Of a stretch of DNA of 64,000 bases, positions 59,559 to 64,000 are shown piece after piece. This DNA comes from a virus. Lineage: Duplodnaviria; Caudoviricetes. The position numbers and the translations under genes were made by a program. The stretch covers positions 1 to 64,000 of IMG/VR virus record IMGVR_UViG_3300035208_006553. The stretch is one strand, 5' to 3'. Position 1 is the stretch's first letter, and each line of letters begins with the position of its first letter. The notes under the pieces were generated by a model. That model was not told the origin of the DNA and searched no databases. It was given only the letters and a program-made list of their open reading frames with translations.

Positions 59559-60131
59559 ATGAGGAAGTGGGAAATATCAAAACAGTTTGAATTTTCATAC
59601 GGGCATAGAGTTTGGAGTCAGGAATTAAATAAAGAATTTAGTTTAGATAATAGCTGCTTTTGCCGGTTCATACACGGTCATAATTCAGTTCTTGTAGTTT
59701 ATCTTGAAGCAAGTAGTTTAATAAATGGAATGGTAACAGATTTTAAAAATTTAAATTGGTTAAAGAAATGGATTGACAATACTATTGATCACAAGTTTAT
59801 TATGGACATTAACGATCCGCTATTACCTCACGAAGTATCTGAACCTATAAATCGTTTTATAGGAAATTTTGGAATGAGTTTTGAAAAAGATGGTCTAATT
59901 AAACATGCAGAAGGATATGCTACAATCAATCCTAAATGTTACGAGGATTTTATTTTTCCCGTACGGGAGAAATTTGAAGGTATGGTATTTGTTTCTTTTG
60001 TACCCACTTCAGAAAATTTAAGTAAATGGATATTTGAAATAATTCAAGAAAAAATGTTAAAAATAGGTATAAAAGTATCTAAAGTAGATTTCTACGAGAC
60101 ACCTAAATCGAAATCTAGTTATTCAATTTAA
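59559..60131 (+). CDS. queD: 6-carboxytetrahydropterin synthase
   Basis: F.F..GHR, CRFIHGHN, GMVTDF, DH, PTSEN, ETP. Confidence 0.92.
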   Translation: MRKWEISKQFEFSYGHRVWSQELNKEFSLDNSCFCRFIHGHNSVLVVYLEASSLINGMVTDFKNLNWLKKWIDNTIDHKFIMDINDPLLPHEVSEPINRFIGNFGMSFEKDGLIKHAEGYATINPKCYEDFIFPVREKFEGMVFVSFVPTSENLSKWIFEIIQEKMLKIGIKVSKVDFYETPKSKSSYSI

Positions 60132-60161
60132 CTACAAATTAACAGTGAAAAGGTGTAAGAA

Positions 60162-60371
60162 TTGAAAGATTTATTAAGTCAAAATAATTTTAAGTTTGAT
60201 AAAATAGAATTTAAGAAGTTTGTTTGCAATGATTGTGGTGCTATATTTCAATCAGATGAATATACAACAAGAGAAAGCAAGAAAGATATTAATATGTCAT
60301 ATTTTATTGATACATGTATTACTTGTAAAAGTGAATGTATAATTAGTGAATTGAAAAATGCCAGTAATTAG
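60162..60371 (+). CDS. Small Zn-finger protein
   Basis: CNDC...CITC. Confidence 0.55.
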   Translation: MKDLLSQNNFKFDKIEFKKFVCNDCGAIFQSDEYTTRESKKDINMSYFIDTCITCKSECIISELKNASN

Positions 60372-60612
60372 AATTTATAATAACGGGTATATTTTTGATA
60401 GTGCTCGAGTGGCAAATTTTGTTCAACAAATTGATGAACTTATATGTAAAATAGAATCTCTAGATTTAGAAGTAGATGTTGAAATAATAAATTTTAAAGG
60501 AAAAGTGTTAAAAGAAAAGAATTATTGTAATAAAGATGTATTTTTTATTGAAGATTTGTATGATAAGTTATATAAATGTATAAATACATACAGTAACGAT
60601 TTACCTTTTTAA
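60358..60612 (+). CDS. Hypothetical protein
   Basis: ORF track. Confidence 0.5.
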   Translation: MPVIRIYNNGYIFDSARVANFVQQIDELICKIESLDLEVDVEIINFKGKVLKEKNYCNKDVFFIEDLYDKLYKCINTYSNDLPF

Positions 60613-60632
60613 GTGCAGGAGGTGTATTTATT

Positions 60633-60923
60633 ATGGATAAAAAATTATTTTCAGATTATGCTACTGTAATAGTAGGTGGACAGACATATTATTGGAATAT
60701 TAATAAGAGATATACTTATGTATATAGTGAAAGTGAGGAGTTAATGTTTATGTTACTTGCAACAGTAGACGAACTTCAAATAAAAGCAGGAATAATTGGC
60801 TTTAATAATGGTCACATGCACATTAAAGATAAAGTAAAGAAAAGTATTGCAGAATTACGTAGTTTAATAGGCATACCAATTACTCTTGAAATGATTGAAA
60901 AGTTAGAAAAGGAATTAAAATGA
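60633..60923 (+). CDS. Hypothetical protein
   Basis: AGGAGG ribosome-binding site. Confidence 0.65.
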   Translation: MDKKLFSDYATVIVGGQTYYWNINKRYTYVYSESEELMFMLLATVDELQIKAGIIGFNNGHMHIKDKVKKSIAELRSLIGIPITLEMIEKLEKELK

Positions 60924-61198
60924 GTAACGTACAAGAACAGACACCCGCTGACAAATTGACTTCTCTTCAAGCTAAAATTAAAGAGATTGAAAATAAAAGA
61001 ATAGGTGCAAATAAAGAGATTGAATTATTGAAAGAGCAATATACAGAGTTAAAGAAGACTCTAGAAGAATTAGGAATATCAAATTTAGATGATTTACCTA
61101 ATTTAATTGTTCAATTAGAAGATGAGTTTAATCAGCAACTTGCATGTGCTGAAAAAGATGTTGAAAGAATTGAACAAGTCCTTTCTGCAAATGTCTAA
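60920..61198 (+). CDS. Coiled-coil protein (possible middle segment of the split Rad50)
   Basis: Heptad-rich 92 aa just upstream of the SbcC C-half. Confidence 0.5.
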   Translation: MSNVQEQTPADKLTSLQAKIKEIENKRIGANKEIELLKEQYTELKKTLEELGISNLDDLPNLIVQLEDEFNQQLACAEKDVERIEQVLSANV

Positions 61199-61463
61199 TC
61201 AAAAAAAAGAAATAGATCTTAATATACTTGAAGGTAAATACTATCACACAAGAGGTGGCTGGATAGCTAAAGTAGTACATGTAAGTACATCTCAGAAAAT
61301 TTGTTATGTTATTCATAATCCTGGAGATGCAACAGAATCAGCCCCAATTTTACATGATAAAAAGAACGGATTTGCTCTTTATCCTAGTATATTAGCTTTT
61401 TTAGTACCTCCTGCCTATGGAGGACATCCTGCAGATTTAATAGAGGAAGTTACTACAAATTGA
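61191..61463 (+). CDS. Hypothetical protein
   Basis: ORF 61122..61463; likely start ATG 61191; GKYYHTRGG..A.V...HPADLIEE. Confidence 0.6.
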   Translation: MSNQKKEIDLNILEGKYYHTRGGWIAKVVHVSTSQKICYVIHNPGDATESAPILHDKKNGFALYPSILAFLVPPAYGGHPADLIEEVTTN

Positions 61464-62164
61464 TTGATCTATTAATTAGTTACAACGAACATCTTAATAA
61501 AGTCAATCAAACATTACAACGCCAAATAGGACAGAGAGATGTTTTGTTGCAAAATCAAAAAGAGAGTGAGAAAAAAGAAGCAAATGTTATAAACTTGCTT
61601 GGTAACATTTCAAAAGCTAAATTGTTATTAGAAATGGTAGTAAGGAGTACTGAAATAAGGGTAAAATCTTATATTGAACCTTTCGTAACTGAAGCACTAG
61701 ATTTCATTTTTAATCAAAATTTAAAATTTCATATAGTATTTATTGATAGAAGAGGACAAATAGAAGTAGATTTTATTGTACTTCCTTCTAATAAGGTAGA
61801 AGAAGATTACCAAACTTACTTAAATGATGTAGTAACTTACGAACAAGAATTTGATCAGTTAGTAAAAATATACAGAAATATTAATTACTTTTATGGAGGA
61901 GCTGTTCAGGAAATATTAGGTGTAGTATTGAGATTAGTAATGATAGAATTATTACAAATAAAAGGACCTGTGTGTTTAGATGAACCTACATCTAGTTTTC
62001 ACGAGCAGTATGCAGCACGTGTTGGTGTATTTATTAAATCATTAAGTGAAAGGTTTAATAGACAAATTATATATGTTACACACAGTCATGCTTTAGCTGC
62101 TGCTGCTAATAAAGTATACGAAGTGAAAAAAGACAGGGGTATCAGTAGAGTAGAGGAAATTTAA
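61460..62164 (+). CDS. sbcC: SbcC/Rad50 C-terminal half
   Basis: Coiled coil, signature-like YGGA.QE, Walker B/D-loop CLDEPTS, H-loop IYVTHS. Confidence 0.85.
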   Translation: MIDLLISYNEHLNKVNQTLQRQIGQRDVLLQNQKESEKKEANVINLLGNISKAKLLLEMVVRSTEIRVKSYIEPFVTEALDFIFNQNLKFHIVFIDRRGQIEVDFIVLPSNKVEEDYQTYLNDVVTYEQEFDQLVKIYRNINYFYGGAVQEILGVVLRLVMIELLQIKGPVCLDEPTSSFHEQYAARVGVFIKSLSERFNRQIIYVTHSHALAAAANKVYEVKKDRGISRVEEI

Positions 62165-62169
62165 AATAA

Positions 62170-62691
62170 ATGAAAGTTAACTTAAAAATTAAAAATAGAG
62201 GGCCTTTTATAGTTGCTCCTATTCATTGTCCTTATAAAGTTCAAGAACAAGATATTAAGTTTGATAGTTATCAGAATGAACAAGCAGACACAGATAAAGA
62301 AATTTTTACAGTTCATTCTTCTATTTGTCCTCTTTGTAAGTTATGTGAATTTATTCCTGAAATAAACGATACACAATTAGTTTTAAATACCGAAGGTTTT
62401 ACAAAATATTTAACATTGTTGAATGAAGAAGTGTCAAAATCGATTAGAGGTCAAGTTCTTTATCTTCAAAAAGAAAATAGATTACCAATTGCAATACTTA
62501 TAAGCCCGGTAATTTTTGATAGTATGTTAAAATTAACTTATAAAGATAGTCAAGATCAGTATTATTTAGCTTATTCTTATTTTATTAATAATGAAGTTCC
62601 TATTTGTTATATAACTGGTTGTCCTGTTTACCTTTCTCGAAAATTAACTAAATCTCTTATTCAAGTAGTTGGCGAGGTTGAATGGCGTTAA
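62170..62691 (+). CDS. Hypothetical protein
   Basis: HCP...CPLCKLC cysteine cluster. Confidence 0.6.
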   Translation: MKVNLKIKNRGPFIVAPIHCPYKVQEQDIKFDSYQNEQADTDKEIFTVHSSICPLCKLCEFIPEINDTQLVLNTEGFTKYLTLLNEEVSKSIRGQVLYLQKENRLPIAILISPVIFDSMLKLTYKDSQDQYYLAYSYFINNEVPICYITGCPVYLSRKLTKSLIQVVGEVEWR

Positions 62692-62768
62692 AACCTTTGA
62701 TTTTGAATTAAAAACCTACTATTTTCCATTTCTTTTTTGTCTCTTTCTTTATAAATTCCATAAACTTT

Positions 62769-62778
62769 AATGTATAAT
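62769..62778 (+). promoter_or_regulatory. Candidate promoter (AATGTATAAT)
   Basis: Recurrent motif upstream of the transglycosylase. Confidence 0.5.
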
Positions 62779-62829
62779 AAAATAGTAACAATGTTTAATA
62801 GTATTATTTGATTAATAAAAAGAGGTAGT

Positions 62830-63501
62830 ATGAAAAAAGTAATAATTTTTACAGGGTTTGGAAGTTTTTTATTTGGATGTATTGTAGTTTTTTTATTTCA
62901 TTATTATTTACTAAAGGAACCACAACATACTAAAATAACTGAAACTATTTATAATAGTAATTTTGAAATAGGGATAGTTAAAGAAGATTTAGCTACTTAT
63001 GGTAGATCTTCAATTTTTATAAAAATTGTTACACCTGCTATTGAAAATGCTGCTGAAAAGTATAAAATACCTATAGGTTTGTTACATGCTATTTTTAGAG
63101 TTGAAAGTGATTATAGACCGCAGATTGACCATAACAAAGTAACTGTTCCCGTGCATGGAAATAATATTATTACAAATGCCATAGGAATGGGAGGTGTGTT
63201 ATGGGTGTATTGGGGTGATAGTTTGAAAGCACGGGGAATTGCAGAAACTGAAATGGATTTGTATTTTCCACAAATTGCAATAGAAGCAACAGCTTATATA
63301 TTAAAACAAATGATTGATACAGAAACAAAAGTCAATGGTAATTTAAACTCGTTTAATGTATTGTCTAATATAATTAAAAGATATTTTGGAGCTTACAGTC
63401 TAATGTATTTAGCAAAAATGGAAAAGTATACGAGTGATCTTTGGATGAAACGAATAGCGAAAGAAGTATTAGATTTAACAAAACAAAAATACAAAGAATG
63501 A
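62830..63501 (+). CDS. Lytic transglycosylase (SLT-like) with N-terminal membrane anchor
   Basis: N-terminal hydrophobic helix; A.KY.IP..LL.AI..VES, AIGMG, Y.L. Confidence 0.8.
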   Translation: MKKVIIFTGFGSFLFGCIVVFLFHYYLLKEPQHTKITETIYNSNFEIGIVKEDLATYGRSSIFIKIVTPAIENAAEKYKIPIGLLHAIFRVESDYRPQIDHNKVTVPVHGNNIITNAIGMGGVLWVYWGDSLKARGIAETEMDLYFPQIAIEATAYILKQMIDTETKVNGNLNSFNVLSNIIKRYFGAYSLMYLAKMEKYTSDLWMKRIAKEVLDLTKQKYKE

Positions 63502-63526
63502 TTGGCTAATTTTATTTGATAGTAAA

Positions 63527-63712
63527 ATGTATCAGTCTGATAATATAAAAAATAAATTTAGATTAAAAATATTTTTATTGTTGAAGAAAAATACAGATCA
63601 ATTTTTAGAAACAAAAAATGAATTAATAAAGAAAAATGTATTAAGACGGATAAACAAATTATTAGACTGTATTTATTTATTTATTAAATCTAAAAGAATT
63701 AGTTTAAGCTAA
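63527..63712 (+). CDS. Hypothetical basic protein
   Basis: ORF track. Confidence 0.4.
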   Translation: MYQSDNIKNKFRLKIFLLLKKNTDQFLETKNELIKKNVLRRINKLLDCIYLFIKSKRISLS

Positions 63713-63724
63713 TTTGAGGATACA

Positions 63725-64000
63725 ATGAACCAAGAACTAAACAAAATAATAAGCGATTTAGAATATGCTGCTTATAATTTATGTAACGGCAAAAAAGATA
63801 CAGATTTACCGCCGGGAATAATTAACTCTACTGGCGCAGAGGATTCTCTTTTAATTGCTATACGTGATTTGAAAGAGATAACCAATCGCCACGAACCGCT
63901 AGTTAGCGGGAAACTTGCGGACTTTACAGTTTCTGAGCTAATGATAAAAATGAATGAAATTATCGGACAATATCCAGTGCAAGGTAATTATGCAGATGAT
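63725..64000 (+). CDS. Hypothetical protein (partial, runs off window)
   Basis: GAGGA + ATG 63725; open to the window end. Confidence 0.6.
   Translation, partial: MNQELNKIISDLEYAAYNLCNGKKDTDLPPGIINSTGAEDSLLIAIRDLKEITNRHEPLVSGKLADFTVSELMIKMNEIIGQYPVQGNYADD

Noticed and set aside
62645-62761. 38-codon minus-strand ORF in a pyrimidine-rich gap
   Set aside because: Short, no clear ribosome-binding site, and overlaps the end of 62170..62691.
1-64000. Alternative genetic code (stop recoding)
   Set aside because: Conserved genes are full-length in code 11 and TAA, TAG and TGA all end genes.
1-64000. Short minus-strand ORFs in the track, and + strand 48922..49134
   Set aside because: They overlap better-supported + strand genes and show no motifs; treated as shadow ORFs.
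1-64000. tRNA, rRNA, CRISPR array, integrase or IS element
   Set aside because: No cloverleaf, regularly spaced repeats, recombinase or transposase motifs were recognised by eye; tRNAscan and CRISPR tools were not run.

Overview
AT-rich, gene-dense segment of a large tailed dsDNA phage (contractile-tail baseplate genes), with essentially all genes on the + strand. Order: end of the baseplate/tail-fibre module (1-7.4 kb); a ~16 kb glycosylation island with 7 glycosyltransferases and an NDP-sugar pathway that includes a minimal TPP-dependent alpha/beta pair, SDRs and RmlC (8.1-24.5 kb); a sigma factor and class II ribonucleotide reductase; then replication, recombination and nucleotide-metabolism genes (SF2 helicase, DnaC-like, DnaB, split DnaG, UDG-PolA fusion, GroEL, RecA, SSB, resolvase, dUTPase, Mre11, split Rad50). 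Interleaved with these is a dispersed but apparently complete 7-deazaguanine pathway: FolE2, QueD, QueE, QueC, QueF, a class II amidotransferase and a TGT/DpdA-like protein. The best candidate for an undescribed system is that pathway's extras: a GNAT acetyltransferase and a nucleotide-kinase-like gene coupled to queF (possible N-acyl-preQ1 and/or pre-replicative route) and a FolE2 paralog lacking all catalytic motifs, coupled to queE. Also notable: a probable GT2-GT4 fusion split by a homing endonuclease, a split primase, a split Rad50 and a dUTPase with a hydrophobic N-terminus. All calls are by-eye motif recognition; no searches or folding programs were run. No tRNA, rRNA or CRISPR array was recognised.
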